Source: Marsupella aquatica (Eukaryota; Plantae; Marchantiophyta). Taken from it: a stretch of 64,000 nt of DNA. Shown piece by piece: positions 48,740-60,893 of the stretch. The position numbers were made by a program, and so were the translations under genes. The number at the start of each line of letters is the position of its first letter. The first letter of the stretch is position 1. The notes under the pieces are model-generated. The model saw only the letters and a list, made by a program, of their open reading frames with translations. It was not told the DNA's origin and did not search any database. The DNA lies in the NCBI GenBank assembly GCA_973895155.1, contig OZ316896.1:3820738-3884737 (forward strand). The letters are read 5' to 3'.

Positions 48740-51700
48740 AACATCTGTTACTGGATCCGACCATCCCCCCTATGGTCATTTCAGATCTCACAGTGGCAAG
48801 CACAACAACACAGGCATACAATACAACAGAGATCTGGTTCCATACTTATACTCGGAAATATATGACAAGAGACTGTGGCAAGCCTAGAATATGGTCTGCT
48901 GTGGGTCTTGAAGACTCTATCAGTGCGCCTCCTTACTAACTCAAACGTGTCTTTCCTCAGTCATTCTCTTGGATCTTGCCATATCTGAAGTAGTTGGATA
49001 GCTCTTCTAGGGACTCACTCAGACCGGGTTCCCCGCAAGATAACATCCATCTATCAACTCTGTACAGTCCAACACTGAAATTCCGTGCGCTCCTTCTCTC
49101 CATAGGTCCTCTTCTGGCTGGAAGGCTATGGCAAATGCTACCCACGTAGTGCAGTCTCTATACTAAAAACATAATCTCGATCTCTGCATTTGTAGTTGCA
49201 GCTACACGGTCCAAAGGAAGCTCTGGATATTTTCATACACTCTCAAAAACGTTATTAAGTAAACCCAGCAGCTTTCCTGCTCTATGGTAGGGTTGAACAA
49301 TACACAGAAGTAAGGCTACAGCAATAAGCAAATGGGTGACCTCCTCCAAATATACTTCATGAAACTGCTTAGGCAGATCCATGGACGTAGCTACCTTTAA
49401 TACTTTAAGAGATGAGGGACTGTGAGGGATACCCTAAACTCAAGACACATTGCCTTATAATGCTCACGACTAAAAATTAAAAAAATCAAACTGAATCGTC
49501 TGAGATTCATGAGTAAAGAGAGAAGGTTGAGAAAAGTTTCAAAGAAATCTAAATTCCAAATGGTCAACCGAGATGTGCAACTGACACACGCATCTCTGAT
49601 CATGAGAAAATCGAAAAGGGAAACCAGGGAAGGAATATTGCTTGAAGAATGGGACGACGGTATACACAAATACATGCGAGCAGAAATGTACTCTTTCCTA
49701 AAAGCTGCACCGAGTCAAACTAAGATCCCAAGAATGAAGATAGTCTAATTCTACAATGAGCAACGAGAATTTTTCAAATCGAACTACGCGAATCCTTCGC
49801 TCCTCCAAGACCCGGCCTGTGCAGTGTCGTGCTCAAGGGTCTGAATAATTGCTACTGGGTTTCGACATCATCATGAAGGAATGGAAGACGAAAATTGGTA
49901 CAAAGGAATCTTCCAGGTCAAGTTCCGATGCAAAGAATCATATTAATAACCTACAACTCTCTCCTGGGCGAAGTGGAGCGAGGGATGAGGCAATAAAATA
50001 TTCACCACTCGGTAACGCCTTCACTGACATGTAGCGAATTCACCCGATGAATTTTGCCTTCATTCTTTATCAAATTAGCACAGCGGCGGCAAGGATTGGT
50101 CCGGTCTCGTCCTCGCATGAGCCCATCTATCATGGTTACCTTCTGTTACCTGTACCTTCGTTACTATACTTGCACTTATTAAATATCGCCCACTTCGTTA
50201 GACCCTACAGAATGGAAAAGCTTCGATTGTTACTAAACTCTCTGCGTACAACCCTGAGTTCCACAAATTTTGTTTTTGCTTGATATGGTATTTTCGAGAG
50301 GTCTGGAAAAGCAACTCGCCGATGTAAAATCAGCTGCTGAACCACCGGCCTAGCTTGAAGTTCTGAAAGTCAATGGAAGTATCTGTAAAAGTTGTGCACG
50401 CCAGAACCGGAAGAGCCATCTGCCGGTTGATTAAATTACACCTCTGCGCCGTCAGCCTCGGGGCTGCATAGGTTGCGTCTTCGTTTAGATCTTCCAGCTC
50501 TGTCGCGCTTCTGTAGAAAGAGTTCTCTCTTCGTATCTTCCGGTATGTTGACCATGCTCAGTACATTCCTGTGCCACAAACGTCTCCTTGATTGCCACTA
50601 GGACCTTACACAACTCGATCTTAAAGTTCCGTTCCCAAGAGATGCATAGCCACCTGCTTTGGAACAGTTCCTTTCCAAAATCACGAGAGAAATCGTTACG
50701 TGACCTCACTGGGAATCGGTCACAACGATGTGTACTTCCGCGAAAAGATCCGTGACTGATAATCTGCAACGCGTTGACAAAATCTTCCCCGTGTCACACA
50801 AAACTTTCGGTGTTGTTTTAACAGACGGGCTTTGCCCACACCGAGATTCAAACTCGTCCTTCGTCGACTCTGTTGATCCTGGCCTGGCTCCCGGAGCCCC
50901 AACTTCTCAACAATTCTCGCCGATCCACTCAATGCTTCCTATGGTATCATTATTGCGGGCTACAAAATAGACGAGAGAGCAAGCCGTGTGTTAGGCCCCT
51001 ACGATTGCAGAACCTATCAGGCTTAGCTCGACAATGGCATGGTACCTACAATAGAGCTTTGCAGCACAGAAGTATCACAGGACTGCGACTATCATTTCTG
51101 AGTGTGTATATTCAGCACTGCGGCAGACGTCCATAATCATAAGCAGGAATTGAAGACCCTCGAAGATTGCTCCTTCTAGCCTTCATTTCTTCTGTATTCA
51201 CGTCGGAGGAATTTTACTGGTGAAGCTCCGTCATTAAGCAATATTGCTATGGAAAACTTTTGGAGATTTTATGTCTAACGATTCTTAAGCAGTTCACCGA
51301 AATGAAAGACTTTCGTCGGAGCGATGCCCCCGAGTCACATTCCCGCGTAGTAGGACTTAAAGTTCATCCCTTAAGTGACACTATTTGATCCTTGTTTGGA
51401 CCAGAGCAATCCAATATGACAAACGGTTGCGGAATGGAGTTCTTAGCTAGCTCGTCCAGCTTGTTCAGAGTCATCTAAGTCTCAAGAGCAAGAATTTTGT
51501 CGGATCTGTGTAAGAAATCCTGCCACGCAAGACGAAAGCCCGCTATTTGAAAACTTAGTCCAACCAAGTCCTTCATCTCAACAGCCTCCACGAATTAAGT
51601 AATAGTCTAAGACCAGATTGATAGATTCTGGGCGAGGATGCACCTGTAGGGCCCTGGCCTACATTAACTACCTTCGGTCCTCAGTAGAAACCTTTCTCTT

Positions 51701-52834
51701 ACTGGAAGGTATTAAGAATTCGTATTTTGCTATACAAGAGTCTACAGAGAGATTGACTGGATCAAACTGAATTCCCAAGCTAAAGCTATTTTTTCATTTT
51801 TGGTAGTACTCAATTACTCGAGAGCATGAGTCAATCGAAGTACACCTTCAAACACAAATTGGATCTCAGGAATCACATAAAATTCATCTCCCTTCTAATC
51901 TTCACCTGTGCACCTATCCTAGATTAAGAAAACTGCATTTTCCAGTTTGTTCTATACCAGATGATATAATTTTCATTCGACGCAGACTAGTGAATCCTTT
52001 CAACGTGAAAATGTCCAGGAAAGTAATGAAACCAAATTTTCTTCCTAGGACGGGTGACGAGAAGATTCAAATGATTGCAAGGAAACGGAACTAAGGTCAC
52101 TCATTTCAGGCCAGGCTCCAGATCGACCACCGTATGACCCTATTGGTTCGATGTGTATCGAGTACATGGCAGCATCAGGCCTGCATAAATGATGAAGTGG
52201 ATCATCGAGATTGAAAGAGGGCCACGTGGCCCGAACTTCAGCAATCCCTGAGTGAGACTTACTAGTGGATCTTGTGTACTGGAATCCTTTAAAGAACTGA
52301 AGACCAGTTCTAATGATGCCCTCAATCTTCACAACGTCTACTCAGGTAGACGGTAGACACGATTGAAGCGAACCAGAGCACCTAATCTCGTCTGAGCACT
52401 GTAACACGTCCACTGGGCAAAGTGGATGCATTAATGTTCCATCGTACAGCAAGAAGAATGCTAGCTACCCAAATGAAAACTTTGAGAAAGCGTGCCGTCG
52501 CGTATGTAGCGTGTGATCGTACTGTCTACTCAAACTATATGTTGTGAATCGTGCAGAGTGTTCCCGGGTGTATTCCCTGAGACAGGGCCAAAGGTTTCCA
52601 TTTCTCTCGTAGTCAAATCCTCTAGCTCACTGAAAGCTCTGAAAGGTGATAACGTATACTAGCTCGTGTAACCCCCATCTGACGAGCGTCGTTAACTATG
52701 TTATGTAGCCAATGTTACCGTGGGTGTGTGTGATTCGTTTTTCATGTTGTTAGATCATCCTAGCCAGGACGGACGATGTAATTCCAACAGTTTCCTTAAT
52801 ATGTTGTTCAGCAAGAGCAAGAGGTTTGCTTTAC

Positions 52835-55707
52835 TCAAGAACCGGGATAAGGGATCGTACCCAATTGTGCCTTCGGATTTTTGCGGTAAATGGCCCACAG
52901 CGCCACTTGCAGAGTACCAAATAAAATTGCAAACGCGTTAGGGATCTGTTCACATCACCGAATATATATGAGAATTCTGCAATTACATCTGTAAGGACCT
53001 TGACCATAACGGCGACCATAATAATTTTTCACGATCTGTGATCTTCTTTTAATATTCTGGCCAAAGCAGTTAACCCTCAACCAGGATAGAACTAAGATTG
53101 CGAGCACACTTAGTAGAGCCATGTAGGTTCGGCTTTTAGTGGAAGCAATAAATGTTGTCCAACAGAAGAAAAAGGCAGTGTTCTAGCTAGATCCATCTTA
53201 CGATTATAAAGATGTCGTAGGGCCATGAACCATAAGCTGTCCAGAGGCAGCCGTTGATAACAATCCAGGTAGACAGAAGGATCGGCAAAAACTCAGCACT
53301 TTTGGTTCTGATGACCGTCCTGATGACCATCAGTGGAGCAAAGTTCTGTATGATTCCAATACTAACGCAAGCCGCCCCAACCACCTTCCCTCTTACCTCC
53401 TGATGAACGCCCCCCAGAGTGACGCCAGTGATCACAGCAAAAAGGACACAGCAAAGGCCGATAAACGTGGTCGTTTGTTTCTGTGGTATCACGAAGATAC
53501 AAACGAAAAATTCCGTCAGAACTCCATTCCTCTTATTGCAAATTACTTTTGGAACTCATACCTTCCGAGTGTCTAAAGAAGGATCAGGAAAACATTGTTA
53601 GTCTCACTTATATACATGCAAAAGTTTTCGTCCCGTTAACTTGCAGCAGTCAGTTAAGTACTGCCAGAACATGTTTAGGAGAGGATTGAGAACGTTCTTT
53701 GTCCGAGTCTTTGGCTTAAAGTTTCCTAGGACAGACAAAAGCCTTGGAAAGGCAGATGTGATAGCGTTCCATGACACAACTTGCATGCAATTAACTTCGT
53801 GATCGAATGACATCAGTTTTAATTTCTTTCTACACTTTTAAAAACAAGCAGAAGGTATCACACGTCCATATGTACTTTATGGAATGGTTCGACCAGAAAC
53901 AAAACTGACCACACAAAAGCGCACAGCCGCATGCATAGAGTAATCTAATGCCTCGGATCGTTAAAGACGGCTCCGGAGGTCTGGTCCCAGCGACGGATCG
54001 ATTGAAAGAATACCAGCATGACTCCCTAAAATTGTATTAAAATGTTTCTTTTATTTGATCCGCTAGTGCTTTTACACAAGATTCGCAAACTAAGGCCATG
54101 CTAAGGATCTCTTCTGTTTAAAACCTAGTGTGAACAAAAATATGCAGAATCAGTTGATAAATCGATTCCGTTCAAACTCTATCTTATCGAACGTGTAATA
54201 TGAGATCTCTGCGTGTGCGCGTAGGTGAAGTCCTGGCTAATCTGGAGCCCCCTCTGGAGGAGACATTACAGTATATTGCATTTAGGTTGGGATTTTGTCA
54301 GAACGAGGTTGGCATCCCACTTTTAGATTACAACAATTAAAGCAGATCTAAATAAGGTACCTTATTCGATCCCTTGGCATATATCATGTAGATTGTCACG
54401 TATATAAATTCAATCACCAGGCCAGCGCTATTGATACTTATCACAAGAATAAGGTCCTTCACTGCTGGCAAACCGTAGACGATCCAAAAACAACAATTGA
54501 GCACCGTTAGGATGTACGGAGCAGGAGTGAAGTGCCCCACGTCTTTCGTCTTGAGGATCCTCACGAATGTAGGCCTGGTCAATGTTAGACACCAAAAGCA
54601 GACATTCAGCTCCGACGATAAAAGAGGTTCTCCACGCGAGGCATTCTGGGAAATAAGACATTTTTCTGTGCATGATTCGAGATTCAAGCGGGGCGTTAAT
54701 TAGGGCAGCACTGTAACTTTTAGTAGCCAAGACATCGTCGCAATTTCGAAAGCTCTATAACTTGTTCTCCCCTGGGAGGAGTGTTCAATGCAGTACTCTC
54801 AGGCACCCCTGGCGAGATGTGCTAGTTGACATAAACCGTAACTTTGTTTTTTGAAATTTTCAGTTTAAATCGAAAGCGGTTCAAAGTGCGGCCACGTTGG
54901 GAGCGGTAAATGACTCTTACTTAAGGGGGACGTTTCAAACTGTCCTGGTTCACAAATCGTGCTTATCAATGCAAGAAAGGAAACGAATGGAAATTTGAAC
55001 TTGATTGAAATTTTTTCAGTTAGGAGAGCCAATCCTCATTAAATTGATGTAGGCTTGGGTTGGATCGTTTCTTACAGGGGCGATAGAAATAGAAACATCG
55101 AGGAGATATTCCCTGCGCATTCCCCCGCACAATTCGACAGTATTTGTTAGAACGTTCATCGGCGAGACACAGTCACCCTTTTGCAAACAATGCGTTCATC
55201 GATACAAACTGGAACATGAGGTAAGTGTTCCCAGATGCGCGCATTCGTGAATTTCAAATGATTTGCGAAAGTCAGATCTATCTTTGAGGTGTCGTTCATG
55301 CGTGGGCGGCTTTAAAACAAACTCCTTACCTACTACGTATTTTTGACAAGCGAAGAAACTAAGGCCCCGGGAAATTTTAATTAGGAAGCTCATTTGATTA
55401 ATTTGAAGATCATGTTCTTCATAAATACGGTCAACCGTTAGTTATCGCCGTGCGGATCATTACGTCAAAGCTACTCCAGCGCCATGATTTTCAGCCACAT
55501 CTGATTGAATTTTATTAATCGTCATTGCTTAATTTACAGTAGTACCATAAGATGGCCCCCAAATTTGTAATTGGCCTTCTTCGTCGAAATTTTACGATAA
55601 AAACTAAAACAAGAAAGAGACAGAGACAGAGACAGAGGCTCAGGAATGCAGTAGAAGCACTCACCACATATTCCCAAGGCATTGCTGAATGTGTGCGGAC
55701 TAACCAT
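52835..55707 (-). CDS. SWEET: SWEET (MtN3/saliva) sugar transporter, ~227 aa
   Basis: Exons 55707-55665, 55112-55076 (the typical 37-nt exon), 54574-54361, 53480-53202, 52945-52835; 684 nt in frame. Motifs: LGICGNISSMFLFLSPLPTFVRI, PYILTVLNC, FAPLMVIRTVIRTKSAEFLP, IPNAFAILFGTLQVALWAIY. An extra last exon is possible. Confidence 0.93.
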
Positions 55708-56383
55708 CCTGAGAACTTGTTGACGATCCCGGTGATTCTTTGGCGTTTAGGCACTGACACTCGCGGGATGTTCATTAATGTTAAGCCGATTTACAGACCG
55801 TTCCACCGCCCAACCGATGCTATTTATCAAAAGTCCCCCGCGTCCTGAATGCGCCCCATTGGCATAATTAGAAAGATCCATTTCCAGTACGCTGAGTCAG
55901 AGAGGGCTCATAATCGTTCGCCGAATCAGGACGCGCGCCCGGAGATTCATACACTCCCAAGTAGGCCACGGTTACATCCAGTATTGCGACCTTGAACAGA
56001 TATTCTCACCATTCTCACCATCATATTCTACGACGACGATATCCTCCAACCACTTTTCGCATCACATGCATAACTGATAAATCCCGCGACATCTCATCCG
56101 CTTATTACGGGAAGAAAATGAGTTCGGAATACCACTCTGATAGCCCCATCTTCGAGATCCTATCCGACTTCGTCTTCCGCTCTGTCGCTTTCGGTATTGA
56201 TCCCCGAGCATTGAACCAACCCGCATTACATGCCATCGAGTATCCCTCCTACTAGCACCGACCATTTCGATGCCCCCGCACTGCGATCATCGATAGTCTC
56301 CGAATCCAGTCCATAATCGAACCATCTTCATCTGATAGGAATCAAAATGTAGTCTCTGAAATCTTCTCGCAATTCTGCAATCT

Positions 56384-56698
56384 GAATCCAGTCAGTGATC
56401 GAATTAAAGCACTTCTTCTCTTCACATACGAATAACTCGCGGCCTAGCGCTCAATCTCTCGTCACGAAAGCCTCGACGACCAAAAGCGCATCAAAATCTG
56501 GGAAATGAAGCCGCGCGACTATCTCAGCTCGACCATTCTCTCGTCTCATCCACGTGCTTCATCTCGGAATTATGAAATCGGAATCCAGTCAGTGATCGAA
56601 GCACATCTTCTCTTCTCATACTCTCGGGTATTTCGAGATCTCTCGTCACGAAAGCCTCGATCAGAAAGTGCATCAAAATTTGGGAAATGAAGCCGCGC
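56384..56698. repeat. ~190-bp diverged tandem duplication upstream of SWEET
   Basis: GAATCCAGTCAGTGATCGAA, ATCTCTCGTCACGAAAGCCTCGA and GGGAAATGAAGCCGCGC each occur twice. Confidence 0.85.
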
Positions 56699-56799
56699 CT
56701 AGTCTGTCGTTGTCCTAGTACTTCCTAGGGGTCACTCTCGACCCCGCGCCCGCCTGCGTGGCTGATGATTGAGACGGTTGGCTTGCCGACAAGGGCAAC

Positions 56800-56814
56800 T
56801 TTCCCGGCGCGAAA
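56800..56814. promoter_or_regulatory. Back-to-back E2F-consensus sites
   Basis: TTTCCCGGCGCGAAA contains TTTCCCGG on the plus strand and TTTCGCGC on the minus strand, both fitting TTTSSCGS, in a CpG-rich patch. Confidence 0.45.
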
Positions 56815-57499
56815 TCCCTCCCGGCGTGCTAAACCCGGCGAGCATGCGTCCCGTCCGTGTACAGTATTTCACCGTGAAACAATTGCCGTTCCTCTAATCA
56901 TACATCATGCCACGTCAAATTGTGGTCATCTGCGTTGCGTGGTGCACTCACTAAATGTGGTAATCTGCGTTTCGTTTCGCTGTGCACTCATTGATAGTAG
57001 CCCCGATTACCAGTTATTTGAACGTGAATAGTAAAAGAACAATAATACCAGTTATTTAAACGTGAATAGTAAAAGAACAATAAAAAATTATTCATATTTT
57101 TCGAAGATTAATAAAATGATAAAAAAAAAATATCATTTTAATAGTCATATATAATGTATCATTCTCTTTGATGTGCACAGGTTTTTTGTATGCACATCCA
57201 TGTTCAATGCACATATGTTATGGTGGGGCCATACTACCTATATTTTTTTAATATAAATTTTTAAAAAATTATCACATAAAACTGACATATATATACATCG
57301 TCATGTCATAAATTTTTCTGATGTATATGATGACAATGCACATGATGACCAGAGAGTTCGGGTCTAGAGGCTTCACTCTAGACCCTAGCTTGTGAAAAGT
57401 AGACTGAAGTTCGCACTTTATTAATAATGGTATGGAGTGATGTCATACACCTTATTTGTCATATGTTGATGTGCAATTACCAGTACCCAAACAAGATGG

Positions 57500-57690
57500 C
57501 CTTCAAAATTACTCGTGATCCCATAAACAAATGGTCATCACTTTTTCACACAAGTAAAGGTTTATAATCTTATGGTTATAACATACTACCAATCTCTATG
57601 GCAAAAGTATATGGACTATGTTTGGTAGTCCATAATTTTTTTGTGTCCGTCACATGTAGCTACAGAGTTTAGGTCCATCAAATTATGTAA
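57500..57690. repeat. Dispersed repeat shared with 63000-63200
   Basis: CCCATAAA..ATGGTCAT, TATGGACT, TAATTTTTTGTGTCC and AGGTCCATCAAATTAT occur in both. Confidence 0.7.
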
Positions 57691-58082
57691 CTTACAGAAT
57701 GAAGGTATATTAAATTCTGAGCATTGAAACACACTCATAGGGAGTCTCAAAGCTGGTCAAATTTGGAGATGATGACTTTTGGTTAAAAACAAACGAAAAT
57801 AACTTTTTCATAAGGTTATGTAAAAACCAAATTGTGTGTGGCGGGATCTAACCAGGGACCTCTCAGTTCCTGGCTAATGGATAGGAGGGGGTTCTGAGGT
57901 CTGATCTTAGAGGGGTGAGCCCAAGGGGGTAACAGCCCATGACCCCCAAACCGCCCATGAGTTACCAAGCAAGACCATGCGAAAATTCCAAAACTATGTT
58001 TGGGAGCATGCCTTTGATCTGTGCCATATTTAACTCAAGTAATCTTAGTTGCTGTCAGGCTGGCAAGGGGGCCGTAACCTAG

Positions 58083-58509
58083 GCATTACTAGGCACAAAC
58101 ATTGACTCTGCATTCTTCACCAAAAATTACATAGAGAAATTTCATAAACGGCATTAAGGTACTACATTAACTAGGCACAAACATTGACTATGCGTTCTTC
58201 ACCAAGAATTACATAGAGAAAATTAATAAAGGGGCATTTTATTGTAATATACATTGCATTACTAGGCGCAAACATTGACTATGCATTCTTCACCACGAAT
58301 TACGTAGAGAAAATTCATAAAGGGCATTAAGGTACTACATTAACTAGGCACAAACATTGACTGTGCATTATTCACCAAGAATTACATAAAGAAAGTGTCA
58401 CCCTGGGGTGGGGGGAATCTAATTATATTTCCTCCCCATTTCCTTCGATTTTTTAATTTTAAATTACATAAAGAAAATGAATAAAGGGCTATTTTATTGT
58501 AATATACAT
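58083..58509. repeat. Higher-order tandem repeat (AB-AB, 173-bp period)
   Basis: Four ACTAGGCRCAAACATTGACT...TTCACCA..AATTACRTA units with alternating tails; the fourth unit is interrupted. Confidence 0.9.
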
Positions 58510-58709
58510 CGCCCCAATAACGGCGCCTCACCGATTCGTTTCCAAAACTGGGTTCAAAGCATTCGAGAAGGGAATTGAATGGTTATCGAAATAAATACAG
58601 ACAGACTGTGAATCCAATGAAAATTCAATTGGGTCGCCACTTTCGCGGATCACCCACTCGTCTACGTCATGACTATCCTCTGAATGGAACGGAACTACGT
58701 GTGGACTCT

Positions 58710-59330
58710 AGAGCTTGGAACTCAGCCTAATTCCCAGCCCCTGTTTCAAATCAGCAGAATCCCAGCGAAAGTTTGTGTTCTCTTCAGTATATCTGGGAAA
58801 GTTTGTGTTCTCTTCAGTATATTTTGGTGTCCACACTCGCATCTCAGTCGGACGAAACTCACATTCGAGTTGCGCTTCGAACCGAGCTCTCTAGACAAGT
58901 CCTGCCTCTAAGCCAAACAACTGAAGAACAATTCGGAAACTCTCAGCATTCATTCGTTGCTAGTCAAAACTCACAACTTGGCCTCCTGCCTAAATCGCAG
59001 CCCCTGTTTCCCCACAGAATGTGTGTCGTTTTGTGTCTTCGGTGCCCCTGTTTCCCCACAGAATGTGTGTCGTTTTGTGTCTTCGGTGCCCACACTCACA
59101 TGCAACTCACATTAGCGTTGGAGTCGAACCAAGTATTTTAGACAAACCCGCATCTAAGTTAAGCCAACAATTGAACTACCTTTCCGCGACTCTGAACAAT
59201 CCATCGTGTCAAGTCACACATTCTCTTTCGAGAGTTTCTACAAACAACCTTTCAGGTCCTTGGTTACAGTTGAGATCCAATGCGGCCATAACCTTTCAGG
59301 TCTTTGGTCACAGTTGAGATCCAATGCGGC
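58710..59330. repeat. Two diverged ~270-bp units with younger internal 28-bp and 44-bp duplications
   Basis: GCCTAA.TC.CAGCCCCTGTTTC, CCACACTCRCAT, AACTCACATT and TCGAACC each occur twice; the internal duplications are exact or near-exact. Confidence 0.8.
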
Positions 59331-59969
59331 CGTCGTCCTTACCAACTGTATGGTCGTGGCCAAACTGAAGGCTGGTGGAGTGATTCATGAGGATGTTCCA
59401 TCTTGATTGTTAGTACTTTTCCTATTGTCTCCCCAAGCGCTTCGGTTAGGTAGTGTACAAAATCCTTTGCCGTTAAATTCGCTGGGATTATCGGGAGTAG
59501 ATGCTTACATTCCACCAACTACTCCCAATAATCTCAGCCTGGAGTTCTACGAAGCTACCAGGTTACTTACAGCGAGTAGTAGAACTGTTCTACAACTTTA
59601 ATGGCTAAGTTTGATTCGGACCTTCTTGTGTTCTTGTGCCTTATAGCTTGTCGACTGGCTGAAATGTTCCAAAATGTTCAAGAGGATTCGGATCCAAATT
59701 ACCCAAGCAAGCTGTTCGATTCAAGCAAATTAAACAGAATAACGTAAGCGCTGTTCACCAAAGAGAAATGCCAGATGGGGAGAGCCAAAGCACAACTCAC
59801 ACCCTTGCGGATCAACAGCTCAAAATCGATCTACAGATATGCATGTACATATTGTTCAATGTGGGGCATCTAGGACCCACTTTGCTGGGATTTATTACTG
59901 CATGCAATTGTATTGCATAGACAGGATCATTTCTGAAAGCTGGGTATACCCTTCCTTTTAGGGTAAACC

Positions 59970-60893
59970 CTATGAGTGACTCCTATCGCTACTGTTGCGA
60001 GACGACATGTACAGTAAGGCTAAAATATTAGTGATTAAGGGTAGATCCAGAAGCACTGCTACGGCAACTACCACGAACAAGATATTCATGTCAGAATCCA
60101 GAGCACTACAGAAATGCACCTGGGCACCTTCGTTTTGGAGCGAAACGAGGAGGGGTAGGAAAGATATTTGTCTTGGCGGGTAACAGATCCACTGTAGACC
60201 TGACTTTTCGAAACACGAGAGCGCGTAGAACCTGTTATTCAGCATTCTTCAACGCTCGAGTACCAATTGGAACTTGTTGCCGAGAAGTTCATTGATATCT
60301 CTCTTCCAGTCATATGAAGCCACACCGCCCTTCCACTCGGTAACACCAAACTCGACCCCCTTCTTCCTTTCTCTATTGGGAAACTGATGTAGGGCCTGAA
60401 TTTCATTGACCTCCGGGTCTGTAGAATCATCTTCGCTTCCTGAGTAGGATTGCTTTTCGTTGCTGCTGTCCAAGTCTGCACTTGCCGTGGACGACGCACA
60501 AGACCCTTCTTCAAATAGCTCCTGATAAACAAGTTTGAAGCCGTCGTTGCAATCAACGCAGAGCCCCTTCATCGCGTACAGAACCATGGCTTTGATGAAC
60601 ACTCTGATCTCCTCAGGCGATAAGTTGCCGAAAAATGCTTCACTGCATTCAGAGCACCGCAATGGCTCCTGGCATTCAGAGCACCGCTGTTTCACTGTGT
60701 ATCGTCCAACGGTTACCTCGTTCCTTTTCTTCGTGGGCCATGGGAATTTCGCTTTCAGTTGGCCTTTCAGCCGCTCCTTCCAAGTCCGGCTGAAGAGCGG
60801 TTTCCTGCAGTCTACACACCTTGCTAGATGCTCCAGCGGGGCTCGCCCAGTACTCGGAACAGGACAACGGCTGTGACTTTGCAGATTCCACAT
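59970..60893 (-). pseudogene. Unknown four-CxxC protein-like frame interrupted by one in-frame TGA
   Basis: ORF 60923-60249 (first ATG 60893) has CVDC, CSEC, CSEC, CVDC and an acidic Ser tract. The same frame continues after the TGA as ORF 60245-59970, ending in a hydrophobic helix. Confidence 0.4.

Noticed and set aside
58083-58509. CRISPR-like appearance of repeat arrays here and at 19077-19552
   Set aside because: The inter-repeat sequences are themselves repeated rather than unique spacers; the context is eukaryotic with no cas genes.
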